A stretch of DNA of 64,000 bases, from contig NC_092674.1 in the NCBI RefSeq assembly GCF_964355755.1, positions 28,830,001 through 28,894,000 of the forward strand. Direction: 5' to 3'. Positions within the stretch are counted from its first letter, which is position 1; every line of letters begins with the position of its first letter. Position numbers and translations under genes: made by a program. Shown here piece after piece: positions 27,301 through 42,300 of this stretch. Under the pieces are notes generated by a model. It made no database searches. It saw nothing but the letters and a program-made list of their open reading frames with translations, and was not told the origin of the DNA. The DNA comes from Antedon mediterranea (taxonomy: Eukaryota; Animalia; Echinodermata).

Positions 27301-30300
27301 GTGTCTATCAACCTCGTGTCTGGGATGATGAGTGGAACTCCTGGAGAGGATGAGTTTGATGGCAGTTTGCCGTTCCTTCCACTCATGGAAAGGTCTACTG
27401 GTTCTGTTTGGAATACGCCATCGGTTTTGATCTCAATTTTCTGCTCCTGATCAAGAAATACCTAATTGAATTGAAATAAGAAATATAATGCAAGGATTTG
27501 TAATGTGAGTAACGATGCAGAAAAATGAGGTCATAGCTAGGCTTTGTACAGGAAGGTACAGTACAGGACCTATACCATTTTCCACAGAAGGACTTTTTTC
27601 TCCACAGAAGAGCACCTATTTCCACAAAAGCGGAAAAAAACATAATAAACTGGACTAGTTAAAGACTAGTTAAGGATATTTATGATCACTTCTACTGCTG
27701 GTCTGTATCTTCAAAAGGACACTTTAAGGAAAAGGGAGAAACCTCCTCCCTAGCCAAATACAATCAATGTAATTTGGGATATGTAGATTGCTCTGGCTCT
27801 TTACAACCTAGAAATTAGCAGCGATAGTAAGTGGTACTGTAAATAGACCTTAAACTAGCTCATTTTGAGGAGAAAAAGAACTCCCTATAAAAATCCTGGC
27901 TATGGGCTTGCCTTTAATAGTTTTGTATAACATAGTTTCATTTTGTTGCTATTTTAAATGCCAATTGTACATATTTCAAATCAGGTACGCAATGACTCAA
28001 AAAAGATTGCAAAGAGGAACGGAATAACCATGCCTAAAGACATAGATGATTGATTACACCAGTTTACGCAGCTTTCCATTCCCAGGGTCCTGCATTGAAA
28101 TACGCAACGTTTTAGTTTCTCTTTTAGTAATTCCACTTACTTAGATCCTAATGACAGTTTCAATTAAGTGTTCGTGTGGAACGAACGTTACATGTCAAAG
28201 GAACATAGAAATTAAAAATAACAATAAAACATGTTATTAATACTACAGGCACAATATTACGAGGATTTACAGGTAGTGGTGATAAGGCAGAATTACAACC
28301 CCCTGGTTAATTAAGGTATTCCAGCCAGCTTAATTTTTAGCTAGCACTGACTTCTTTAAAAGCCATAACCTTTTCCTGTCACACATCTTTAAACTTTTAG
28401 TACCAGGCTAAAACATTTGTTTGTCCATGATGTAAAGACTATTACTAATTAATTGACATCAATCAACAATAATTCAAATATAAAAAAATGATATAAAATT
28501 ATGTTATTATTTATAACTTTTTTTTCAAAAGCAAAAGTGTAATATTCCGAGAAATTATAGGAAATTGTTCGATAAGAAACAAGATAACAATTATTATTAT
28601 AGAATAAATGATTAATAGAGATTTTTAAACGATGTACCAAAGTTGAAGATACATCAAAAGATATCACTTATCTATCCTTGGTGAGATTATTTTAATAAGT
28701 TCAAGACCGTATTTCTGGCTGTAGGTCAAGGGATGATAGATAACACAATAAAGAATTGAACAAGAGAAGAGGGGCCCTACAGAGGCAAAGGAAGACAAAG
28801 GGTGACAAAGAATATGGATAGGATCAGGAACTGTGAGGAAAAGGAAGAATAAGAGCATTGGGAAAATTGAGGAAAGAGCAAGGACAATGGAAGAATTGAT
28901 AAAAGGCCAAGGATGAAAATGACAGAATATCTACGTTGAGATCAGATAAACACCAGATGCTCAGTCAAAGAGAAATAAGAAGACTAGAGGTTCCGGAGGA
29001 ACTGTGGAAGGATGGGCAATAAGAGCACTGCAGTGCAAGGATGAAATACAGTAGGACATTTTTTGCATAGGGCTAAGGAAGGCATGTGAAAGTCAGAGAC
29101 CATGTGCGAAAAATCATAAAGCCCACTAGAGGCCAGGGAGGAATCAGAAGCCTAGAGGTCCAGGAGGAAACTATGGAAGGATGGGCAATAAGAGCATTGC
29201 AGTGCCAAGGATGAAATAGGAAATTTTTTTCATAGGGCTAAGAAAGGCATGTGAAAGTCAGAGGCCATGTGCGAAAAATCATAAAGCCCACTAGAGGCCA
29301 GGGAGGAATGAGAAGACTAGCGGTCTAGGAGGAAACTATGGAAGGATGGGCAATAAGAGCATTGCAGTGCCAAGGATGAAATAGGAAATTTTTTTCATAG
29401 GGCTAAGAAAGGCATGTGAAAGTCAGAGGCCATGTGCGAAAAATCATAAAGCCCACTAGAGGCCAGGGAGGAATGAGAAGACTAGCGGTCTAGGAGGAAA
29501 CTATGGAAGGATGGGCAATAAGAGCATTGCAGTGCCAAGGATGAAATAGGACATTTTGGGCTAAGAAAGGCATGTAAAAGTCAGGTCATGTGGGAAAATC
29601 AAAGACCACTTGAGGCCAGGGTGGAACGAGATCGGTGCCCAATAGTCCCTCGTCAGGGAGATTAGAATTTACAGTATTACAGTCGTTATATTACTTTTAT
29701 TTTTGTTAATCAATTTTTTCTACGACATTTACAGTGAAATAAATGCACAGGAAAACATGTGGTTAAAACTCAACACTTGTTAGTTAATATTACCACCTTG
29801 GTATCTCTTGGGAACAAGGATAATGTCCCAACGATGATTCAATTAATACGGGAAGTCGTTATAGCATCATTTTTAACTGGTTAAAATGAGCGACAACAGC
29901 TTCGTAATTAAAAGCAACAATTTGAAACGTGTGAATACAAAAATAGACATGGTTATTAATATTACCAGACCACCTTTGCCTTTGGTACAAAGATTTTTTA
30001 AAGAACTCGGACAACAAACTTTTTTTTCTCTTGGAATTATTAGTCTGGTCATCGTTTGCCGCACAAACTGAGGTTTAAGGTTTTTAACATGGTGTATTCT
30101 ATTTCTAGTAACAAATATTGCAGCACTTTTTCTCTTTAAGGGGTCGGGGAGATGGAGATGAAGACTTAAACTGGTACAGTAGTCATACTGTGCACTAATA
30201 GCAGTTCCTCATTGTACAAAAGAAAAAAATATTCAATTTGAAAAGGTGAGAATATTGATTCTACATCTACTGCCCTCTATACTTGTAACAAAGGGCTATG

Positions 30301-33300
30301 TTTGAACCCATTATAATAAAATTCTGGTATAACTAGGTTAAAGGTCAAGGCAATACGTCTTCTCACAATGGTTCGGTATATACAGTATAAAATATATGAA
30401 GGAATAATTCATTTTGAAATATGTTTAATTAATGAAAAAAGAATCTAAAGATTGCAGTACATAATAAGTGTACAAAATGACATAAAATGTTACAAATTTG
30501 AAACAATAATTTTACCAATGTATGCAATGCAATTTTCAAGAAGAAAATCTCATAAAATTGTAAATGTCTTCAGGTATTATATCGGTATATTTGCAGTGTT
30601 TTATCCAATTATGAATTAGGGCAGGGGTGTACTTCTATACCCCTACAAAAAATACAATAAATGTGTTCGTTTTCTCTAAAAATGGATTAACTGAAACCCC
30701 TTTTGGTTAATTAAACCTTTGGGTACAAGTAGTAGGACAGCCATATGGACATTATGATGTCATCATTACAATTATATACAGTAACACAAATGGATGAGTG
30801 TACCTTATTATCAGAACAGAACTAGACAATTAAACGAAAGAAACAAAGGTCACCATGGGTCAGCGCACACACAGAGGCTTACACCAGTACGGCAGTCATG
30901 CTTGAATGAATCTTAAGGAAGTTATACTTAGCATCTGTCATGATTGTGAAATTGGTGGTGATTTGATCTGATTCATTGTCAATCACACAAAAACAAAAGC
31001 ATACCTTGAACTTATACGGAAGCACAATTTTTACAATTGTCACCAAAAAAAAACAACCAGTGATCATTCTGGTATTTAATTATCAATATATTGGTGAAAT
31101 GCGGTAATTGATTGACATATTTTGAATTGAGGGGTGGGGTCGGGTGGTAATTAGCCACGCCTTCAACATTAATTAATCCAGAACTAGATTATTCTAGTAA
31201 AAATTAAGCTGCAGCGTGAGATCTTTGTTGAACTGGTTTCATTCTTTTTGGATTTTTCAATAGTAGTAATAGTAACAATAAAATAACAATATCATTTAAA
31301 TAAACATTGCTCAGGCTATAGCAAAAAAAAAAACACATCTTGAGATTGTCCTAATTGTTGTGATCTAAAAATACACAATACAAATACTATAATATGTAAT
31401 AAATATGCAATAAATGTCATGATCAATGAAACTGGAACTGTCATTGATTTTAATGACAAATTGAAAGGAGAGCGACGTGAATGAAGTGACATTTCTCCTT
31501 ACGGTATCTAGTAATGTTCTGAATCATGGAACAATAGACAAGAAGGTTGATTCATGTGAGTGTTGTCCCCAAAGAGTTGTCACTACTTCACTGGTGACAA
31601 TGTTCTGAAGAAATGTCAATGCTATTGATGGATTGTCAGGTGGGTTGTACAAAAGTAGTAGGGATGGAAAAAGGTACAATTTATGTTGTCCCCAGTCTCT
31701 TGGTGACAATGTTCATGTCAACGCTATTGAAGGATTGTCTGCTGGTTTCTACACTCAGTAGGTATGGAATTAGGTGTGCAGAAAAATTGAGTGTGCTTGC
31801 CTAGTTACTACAAAGATAGTGAGATGAATATACAGTAAAGTCAAATTGTTGATTCAGGCATAAGCCCATCCTGCCATTAATACTGTCATGGGATGTGCTT
31901 ATAACACCGTAAACCCTAAGACTAAAGCTGGAGGGAAAATGTCAAAGACTTATGTCTGCATCAAAGAGCCAAAAATATCAAATTTGTTATGACATATGAA
32001 TCTTATTTAAAGCTGTCTACACTATCAAAGTTTATGTGACAACAAAATGTGATGTACCCATATATGGACACAGTGATGTCATACCATATTTGTGAATATC
32101 ACACTTTTTTTGTCAAACTAGTTTGATAGTGTAGACAGAGCTTGGGCACGTTAACTATCAATTAAGTAAATTTAATCAATGAAATTTCAGGTGACGAAAA
32201 GACAAACTTTATTTTTCACGAGTTGCAGAGTGATAACAGTAGTCAAGCGTTTGATGAAATTTCAACCAACGTTTATTGCTGCTTCTAGTGGCGACATACA
32301 GTAATATTAAAATGACATACATGAAAAACATATTTTGTGGTGAGTACGAAGGAGGCTGTCATTATACTACAGCTGATGGATGGATAGAGTGTTAATGAGT
32401 TGACAGAGTGATACTAAACGAGTAACTGAAACTTGAAGAGATACTGCGGTTGCAAAGATATACTACTGTACAGTAGTTGCAAAATGATAATAGACAAAGA
32501 CGCTGGTTGCAATGACCATTTTTTACTTGCTGCTGTGCTTGGGCAACATTTTTTTTTACTATCAAATTAAAATATGCATGCACGACTGACCTTTGACTCG
32601 GTAGATGCCTTAACATGGTGTCTTGTTCGAGGACTAAATACTATTACACTATCATGCTGCATTGGGCCCTTTTCATCATATTGGTCCTATCGAACAACAA
32701 CAACAAATAGAAAAGTTTATACAGTACTTAATAAGTAACTAATACAAGTTATGATGATTCTAGAGCTCTGTCCACACTATCAAACTTTATGTGACAAAAA
32801 ATATGATGTGCCCATATATGGAAATGATTATGTCATATCACTACCATATAGTATTTGGGCACTTTTTTTGTCAAACTAGTTTGATGTGTAGACAGAGCTT
32901 ATATTCTTAATTTGGTGGGACACATTTAGGATGGTGACCCCCTGTTACTGTACCAGTCCACTTCCCCTGCCACCTTGAGTATATACTCAGATGAAGAAAC
33001 AGCGATTTGAACAACCGACACAAACCAGTATACCTTACCATTTACTCAGAAAGGAAATATACAAAAGTACATTGACTTAAGAATTGTAAAGTGTTCTTCA
33101 ATATAATTATGTTTAATGATTATGTGGCTAAGCCACAGCAGTTAGCCCTGTTCATTGACAATGACTGCCTGGTTATGTACAGCACCTGCTAGGTGCAATG
33201 TATAGCTTCACTCTTTCAAAGAAGCCTTCTCTTGTCCTTTGTCCTCAGCCTTTTCTCTTTATCACTATACAAGAATTTCTTTGTCTCTGAACAAGAATGT

Positions 33301-36300
33301 GTAAAAATGACAGACAGAATACAAATTACCTTTACTATGTAGAACTAACAACATCCAATGACTGTTTTTTATATGAATACTATAAAATGAAATCTAATGT
33401 AATGTTGTTCGATTTATAAAGCGCTTATACAATCAAAAGATTGTCCCAAAGCGCTGAGAGGAAAAGCAGAAAGAAATTACAAAGAAAAAAGATGGGTTTT
33501 TAAGAGTGTTCTCTACAATTTGCGATTTTCATAGCTGTAGAAAACTTATATAAGCACACAGGGCCACCTACTGTAGTATTGATACTTTTAATCTAGAGTT
33601 AAAACATGTCCATTATGTATGCAATTTAATTTACTGTAATAAGTTACAATTAAGTTAAGTTGTAACAATTTATTACCGTATTCCTAGACACATGTTTGCC
33701 AAAGGCCTACAAATACAACAACACATTTCCCACAGTATTGCACATTCATTTTTTAAGGGGGAAATTAGCATAATATTTATGTTTATTATATGGACGCTAA
33801 TTCATTTCTCTTCTCATATTTCTTGATCTGTCTCTGCAAAATTTTTGTTGTAACTTAATTTACCAGTGCTACTAATAAACGAATACAAATCATGATAGGA
33901 TCTAATAAACAATGTTATCGGCCAAATGACACAGATAATTCTCTTATCAAGAACAGATATTATCATTTTAGCCATGAAAATCTTTTAATATATTTCTACT
34001 TAGCTCTACTTATTGTTAGTCTACTTAATATTGTCAATATAGTACTAAAGTACCTATTGTTACTAGTGTAGAAATACCCATGGAAACACAAAAGTTCATT
34101 GACATTTTGAAATTATTATTTTAAACACAAAAGTCTCAGAATTCTCGGTGTGTCGCTCGGTCACTAAATAACAAAAATGAAATCAGATCCTGTGATTTTC
34201 AATAAAGATACCAACATATTTGGTGGGTACTGGTAAATAAATACAGTAGTAACTTAGTTTCTTCGCAGACCAATACCATTTTTCCACAAACTAAAGGTGG
34301 GTGACCCTGTGAGGAGGGCGCTGATCGAAATGAGGGTACTGTATGTCATGACCTTTCATTATAATATTTAAATTTTTCGTTGAAATTTAACATATAAAAC
34401 CTTGGTTATTTTAAGAGATTATACACAGTATTACAACAACAAAGGGGGAATTTTGTATTTCATTGAACCTAACATAACCCCTGTAGACAAAAGGTAAATA
34501 TATTCCTATTCTATGCAGTAGTTGTATTCATTAAAATTAATCACATGTTTATACCATGCTTTTATATTTAAAATATCTAGAGTACGGTTTGGCCAATCTC
34601 TCTTGTTTGATTATGTCTGGTGTCATCTGGGGTAAGTCCCTCCACTAAGTAAACAAAAATGACAGCATACTGTAATCATCTGAACAACTTATATTCTTGT
34701 CAAACTTAACCAGTGTGTGTAAACAATAACTGTACTGTACATGTTTGTTGTGTGAGTACAATACAAAATAAAAATACGTTGTTTTTATTTATTTTTTATT
34801 CCATTCCAAATTATACAGTAAAAGCAAACGCATACTACTGTATACTGAATAAGCACCCAAAAGGTTATAAAACGTTCTGTACGTCTTGGATTAAGTTACA
34901 GCTACAATTTAGATAATAAATTCAACTTTAAAGAATAATATGCAACATGCATATTAATAAACGATGTGTCTAATATGATTACGTGAAATCAATTTCCCAT
35001 GGATAAAAACAAAGAATACAAATTTTTCTTTTGTTTATTTGTGAAGCAATTAATGAACCAATTGGATTCCAATAGGCAAGTTCTGTAAGTATTATAGTTT
35101 ATACCTACTGTATTTACACCAAAATATTCAAAAAGATAATTTGAAAATTGTAGGCGCGCCGCTATCGTGAAACAAAGTAATTATTATACTTAGCAAAACT
35201 TTGCCATGTAAAAACCTGTTCAGTCAATTCAAGCAGTGGACTAGACAAAATTGTTTTCCCAATGTAGGGGGCACTTATTGGAGCAAAAGCTTACCTGCTT
35301 CATCACTGGTGATATGCAGAGATGGTAGGGGCTGACAATGTGGTTGTGGCTGCAAGAACAAATAATAAAATTATTCAGGAGACTGTCCTTATAAAGGGCC
35401 ACATTCCCATGAAACAAACAAGATAAATACATGTTCTATAAACACTAAAGCTCTGTTTACAATATCAAACTAGTTTTTGACAAAAAAAAGGTGTGTCAAT
35501 ATGCCTAAATATGGCAGTGATATGATGTCCCCATATATGGGAATATCACAATTTTTTTGTCAAATTTGATAGAGTAGACAGTACTAACTGTAAGGTTAAT
35601 ATCTATTATTGGAACACACCTACAGTACTACAAAGACACAGGCAGTTCTGAAGGTGTCCTCTTAATAGGGGTTTTAATATATTTTCTTCATGATCAAAGG
35701 TTTCTATTTCATAACGCACTACTGTACTACTATTGTTTACTTTTGTTTGTTATTACGTTGAAAATAAATCTTCAGTAGGATATGAGAGCTAAAGTTATAG
35801 AGATGTGAACTTCCTGTCGTTATATTGTTTAGTATCTTAATATTATCCTTAGATTTAACTCATTTATCATGTAACTGTATATAACCACACCTTCTGTTGT
35901 ACAGTAAGTATTTTCTATTTATTAGTGCTATAGGAAGAAATATCATACATGAAATGTTATTGAACAAGTTTTATGTAAAAGATGGGATTGCAATAATTTT
36001 AATTATATTTATATACTTGCAATAATTTATATACTTTACTTTATAGTCTTTGACTGAAGAGGCTACCCAGTATAAAGAATAAAGAATAATATTATAATAA
36101 TAATAATCCTCAAAGGATTTCTAACATACATTTATATAAGAGATGCAACGCGCGACCCTATCTTTAGAAATCGTCGAAGCACAATGGAAGCTTTTCGGAC
36201 ATATATTGAGATAGGAATACACCAGCAAATCTAGGCATAAACACACAAACACAAAACACAAAAAATACAGAGGTAGGCCTAAATGCACACTTCCATTTAC

Positions 36301-39300
36301 TTTATACATTGACATAAAAAAGGTGAACCCCCTAGCATGATGAGGCTGGAGACAATGAAAGAGGTTGACTATTTTAGAAAGTTGGCCAACAAACGAAAGG
36401 AATGGAGAAACCTGGTACAAAGAGTAAGCAAGGCAGCCCAGGCGGAGAAATCGGAAGATTACTCGGCGAGGAGGCACTAAATAATAATAATAAATAATAA
36501 TACTTTTTTTAATCAAATAAACCTTTACTATTTATATTATAAGCTACTTAAAATCAACTTGTTGAAAAATACAGTAGAACAGACTTCCCAAGTAATATTA
36601 TTAAAAAGAATGTTATCACACTTTAAAACACCAATTTTTAAAACTAAAATTATCACCAAAAACAAATTGCACAAGTAATTCATGCTTAGTTATCTACCTG
36701 GGTAAGTTTGCTTCATGGATAATAAGGACATAAAGAAATGTGCACATAAAACTTTAAATGGTATACTGTACTTAACATACAAAGTTTAAACATTATTCCA
36801 AATAGTACAGTAACTCAAAAAACAAAGATAATGAACAAAAACATTTTTTTTCTAAAATTGTAGAAAAATTGAAAACAAAACATAAAGAAATGTTTACATA
36901 AAACTCCAAAGAAGAAAAAATTTAAAAACAAATCTAAAAACAAATTGCATACCCTGTGCTTTTTGTATTAAAATAAACAAACACATTTTTCATGTAAAAT
37001 TCTTACAAGAATTTTAAAAATAATATAATAATATCAATATACACACCCAAGCAGTGCCTTAATCCAAGGTTTCATTGTGGAACAGTGTTAGTATCCTAGT
37101 AAACAGCGCCTGACGGTAATTATCACGAAAATGAGCGCTAATTTTCGTTTCAAAAGACTTGTACACGCTCATTTAAAATGATACATACCACAAATCAGAA
37201 TTATGAAGCATGTCGTAGTCAAATTGAGGGGTCACCGCTTTGATACATGTATATATTTATAGAACAGGAACCTTTTCTCCTCCTTATTTAATCCACAAGT
37301 ATACATGGTATGAATCACTCCATTATCGGTATCAAAATCAGTCCAACGTGAGCAATATGACAACGATATCCTCTAGATTTTAGACATAGATGTTCACTTG
37401 TACAGTACAACAGTAGAATGCACAATATACAATTTCTAATCTCAGTATCTAATATACTTTTGTACTGCTAACAAATTATTTGGATTTAAAATACAGTTAT
37501 TAATTGAAATATAAAAATTCATTCATTATTTGTTTGTTGCTATAAAGTTTGCGGTACACCACGTGTATTAGTTCTCAAAAGAACCGTTGAGTTTCTCGAC
37601 GTTTCGATCACCGAGGACGATCAAAGCACATTGATCGAAACGTCGAGAAACTCAACAGTTCTTTTGAGAACTAATACACGTGGTGTACCGCAAACTTTAT
37701 ATCAACATTTGATTTCGCCATGCAAACCTTCAAACAATTTTATTATTATTATTTTATTTTATGTCTTTAGGCAATGTGGCCAAGGATTACCAATAGTAAA
37801 TTAATCACTGTCCTATCAGATAGGTGGTAATCCCCCTGATACAGGGGCTATTGTGTGAACCAGTTCACCGGGGTAACCCCCTACTCTTTTTCGAATAATG
37901 AACTGGGTTCTTTAAAGTACACACAGGTTATAACTGTGTACACTGGACCTACGGTTTATAGTCCTTATCCGAGAAGACTTGTTCCACCACCAGAACTAGG
38001 AGTGAGTCGGCCTCGAACCCTTGCCGATGTTGGTGTTGGCTCTTTAGGTACGGTAAACGGCGCCCCTGCCTTAACCGCTCGGCCATATGACTCGCAATAT
38101 ATTATTTGTTTCTCATTTTTAATTTTCCGTAGAAAACAACAAATACACTTCTAATCTTAGTATCTAGTAACATTTGCTCACAAATTACTTTGATTTAAAA
38201 TATAAAACTGTATACAGTAGTAACTGAAATTATCTATTAATTTGTATTACTTTTAAAGTTTCCGTAGAAAACACCAAGAAATAAAAGTTTGTGGTCAAAA
38301 AAAAAAATAAAAATATCTGTATATTCAATTGAATTTTCAAACTTTTGTGGTTTGGTTTCATTTTGTAAGTTCAATTGTTGCTTTTAATTTTATTACAGTA
38401 ATGGAATTGTTACTTCTGAAAACTGTGGTTTGGTTTCATTTTTTAAACAATATCTACAGAATTCATTCTTAAAAGTTATATGTCACTTTGTTGTTATAAA
38501 ATAAAGTAATATTAATAACAAATTTTGCAAAAATATAGCTATTCATCTAAAATGTTGTTTAAAAAGTAAATAAAGAAGGAATTCCCAAAAGAAATCAAAT
38601 TGTAAAATAAGGTATTGAACTTAACTTGAAATTATTATAATTAATGCAACTACTGTCATTTAAAGCAAAAGTACTGTATACCTACTGTAGATAGCTATCA
38701 GTGGCTAAACCCAGTGGCCTTTGATTAAAGGACCCCAGCAAATAAGCAGCCCCAACTCAACTACCCAGCATTGGTTGGCCCCTAGGAGTGCTAAACCAGG
38801 GGTCTTTTCCACCTGCGTTATGCCACTCATAGAGTAAGGGAAGAGACCACAATAAAGGATATACATAATCATTAAAATAAACAGCTACTCGTAATGTAAA
38901 CAATGAGGTATTCTATAGTATGCTACTGTAAATAGCTTTTTAAACGTGCAGTGTTGGGTAATTCTGCAAAACAACATGTCTTTGTCCTCCTACTGTATGT
39001 TGTTAACAAAATGCTGCAATGGAGTTTTTTTTTTAATGGTAGTCTCCTGTTTATAATTCTTAAATATTGAAATACAGTTTGTATGAAGTGGTTGGGTACA
39101 AATAAAAAAACCAATAAAAACAACTTCTTTTTTGATTCCTTAGTTTTTAAATGTCAACACTAATAAACAAAGTGGTTCTCCTCTTTTAAAAATTCCTAAA
39201 TTTTCTTATAAAGACTATAAAAGACAACTCCTATTAAGCGGACACTTTGTTTGGCCCCGTCCACAAAAACAACCTAAAAAGTAAAATATCCTAAAATAAG

Positions 39301-42300
39301 TTTTGTCATTCTTTTTCTCTTAATTTTCCTTCATCCTACTGTATACGTTTTCTATTTTTTTCTTTCTCCATTCTCTTCTAAATCTCATTATTCTTTCCTT
39401 TCAACATCTCTATTTTCCATCAAATATCAATTATTCAATTGATTGATCCAATTATAACATTATTAATGTTATAATAAGCAAACAAGTATTCCAAGATCAA
39501 ATGTATTAAAGACACACTGAATCATTGTCATCGTCAGGTCTTTCCTGAAAGCATCAGAGATTCAAATAGTTTCGGTAAATGACTCACAAATGAATTAATT
39601 CATTTGTTGTTTGCTCATTCAAAAGAATTAATCAACGATTTGACATGTGTCAAGCATTTCACTTTAATTAGCAATCACATCAAGAAAATGGAAAGTATAG
39701 ATACTTCAGACAAAGGAGAAGTTTATCTATTTGATGCTGTGACTAAAACGATTTTAATCGAGAAGATTTAAATCAGAACAAAATAGGTTTTTTTTCTACT
39801 TGTCGAATTAAATAGTGTTTGCATAAAGTTGACAAACATAAACTATTTTTGTCAACTGAAAATAATTAATATAATATATTATTTTTTCATATTTTCTAAG
39901 TTAGGTCTAAAGAAGATAAAAAGGAAAATAGAAATATTGAAATGATGGGATTTAGAATAGAATGATGAACGAAAATGAAGAGAAAACAGATGGTAGGATG
40001 AAGGAAAATAAAAAGACTAAAGAATGAAATATGAATTGAATGGAGTGAAGAATAAAGAAATAAAGAGTAAGAAAAACAAATAGAAATGAATGAAGAGAAA
40101 GAAAACCAAACAGACAACTTAAAAGCAAGACAATTGTAAGATGAGAAAAAGGGAGAAACTGAGAAATAGAGAAAGGAAAAAATCACTAGGAAAAGGAAGT
40201 AAAACTATTAGATAATAAACCTCAAAATACTTAGAAATAGAGAGAAAGGAAGTAAAACATTAGGAAAAGGAAGTAAAACTACAGAAAATAAACATCAAAA
40301 TAATAATGTCATTGAATCATTAATACGAACACCAACCTACAGGTACTGTTGTAAGAAGATCCTGGCCCTTTCCATCTCCTTCCTTTCCCACTATTACTTC
40401 CCAAGATATTTTATGACATCATAATTTGAACACCAATACCTTAATGTATGGTAGTGTCATATTTCTTTTTTTTCCATCATCAGTATTCAGTGTCGAAGGT
40501 TATATCAGTCTGGACATATGAATAATACAGACCACATCACTTTTTATATGTATTTATAGGTATACAATACTACGAAGAATTAATATGGTCATTTTGGAAA
40601 GGTGTCAAATGGGGATATAACAGATCTTTCATCACTCTTGACAGCCTACTGTCTCAACCAAATATTGAATTGGACATAACCCCTATCCCCATGTGGGACA
40701 GAGCTGTAGAACACACTGTATTCATCAATCAACGTCCTCCAACCAAAACATCCCCCCACTGTCAAAGTCCATTTTTTTCTATCAAAAAATATACGGTAGA
40801 TAATGACACACGGCAGTGAGGCAACTTGGAAAAGGCAACGAATGATTGTCAATTAACCTTGTTTACAAGGTAACAAAGTTTAAATTGAATTTGACAACGT
40901 GTTCATAAGATTCTCTTCCTTTATGAAACACTTTGAAACAATTTTAAGTCCGCTACAACAGATATTAAGACAACTTCAGACATAGAATTAAATCTAGATG
41001 AAACCCATCTGCTAAGAAATCATCGCTGTGCTTCAAGATTAAGATCAAAGATTACACACAAACTTATTAGTTTCCAAAGCACGAAAACAAAAAGTTTAGC
41101 AAACTTCCAGTTGTATGAAAAGTATTGGCTAATTTTTTTCCCTCAAAATTCATATGACTGTAAACAAGCAAAGAACAAAAATTCTAAATTTGTATATGAA
41201 ATTTTACAATAATTTGAACACGTGAAACTTGAAATAGTAAACAAAAATGTATTTTTTTAAAAAGGCCTTCACAATCACAGTGATGTATTGGCAGTCGTAC
41301 ATTTTGTTCTAGATATATATTACAACTCCACTCCCAAAGACTTAATAATAAGTCTTTGTTTATGTAGAGCATCTTGTGTATATGTTTGTCTTGTGAAATT
41401 ATTAAATAGTTTATCCATCCTGTAATTGGCGGGTTACTCGCTGTTGGATGAGTATGAAATAAAATAAAAATAAAATAAAATAAAATATAAGATAAATTAT
41501 GAAAAGAGGAGAATTGGATAACTTTAAATATAGACCTTATATTTTGTTGTTTTTTCTTCTTTTTTTGTGTTCACTCGCTCAGAAACACTCATTTTTAATG
41601 GTCTGACAAACAAATTCATTGTATTTTCAAACAATAGTTATAGAAACTGTACAATATTTTGTGACAATTTTCTCGGTTATTCATTCAAAAAACATTTCTT
41701 TTGTTTTGAGAAAATAATTTTCATGGATTAATAGTTTTACAGGAAGAAAAATATTTAGCATGATTATTATTCTCTTAGCAACAAAATAATTTCTTTTGGG
41801 AACAAAGGAACGTTAGTACTGAAAAGGCGATTAATCTTGGAAACAATCAGCATACCTTTTATTTGTTTTTTTTGATGAACAAATTCACACACACAACAAC
41901 CTTTAATTTCGTTATTTAACATCAAGACTAGTAGTAACTGTAAAATGTATCTATAAAACAAATAGTGCTAATTGTACTGACTCTAGTCCAATCCTCTCTC
42001 CTCCCTTCATTTTCCTTTCTCCTCCCTTCATTTCTTTCTCTCCTGCTTTTATTTCTTTCTCTCCTCCCTTCATTTCTTTCTCTCCTCCCTTTTATTTCTT
42101 TCTCTCCTCCCTTTATTTCTTTCTCTCCTCCCTTTTATTTCTTTCTCTCCTCCCTTCATTTCTTTCTCTCCTCCCTTTATTTCTTTCTCTCCTCCCTTTA
42201 TTTCTTTCTCTCCTCCCTTTATTTCTTTCTCTCCTCCCTTCATTTCTTTCTCTCCTCCCTTCATTTCTTTCTCTCCTCCCTTCATTTCTTTCTCTCCTCC

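Noticed and set aside
31503-31800. Exon-like segment with acceptor and gtaagg donor in KLF intron 3
   Set aside because: Stops in all three minus-strand frames and internal duplications; at most non-coding.
39500-39590. Hammerhead-like ctgacga motif on the minus strand
   Set aside because: No GAAA box follows the putative stem II; too degenerate.
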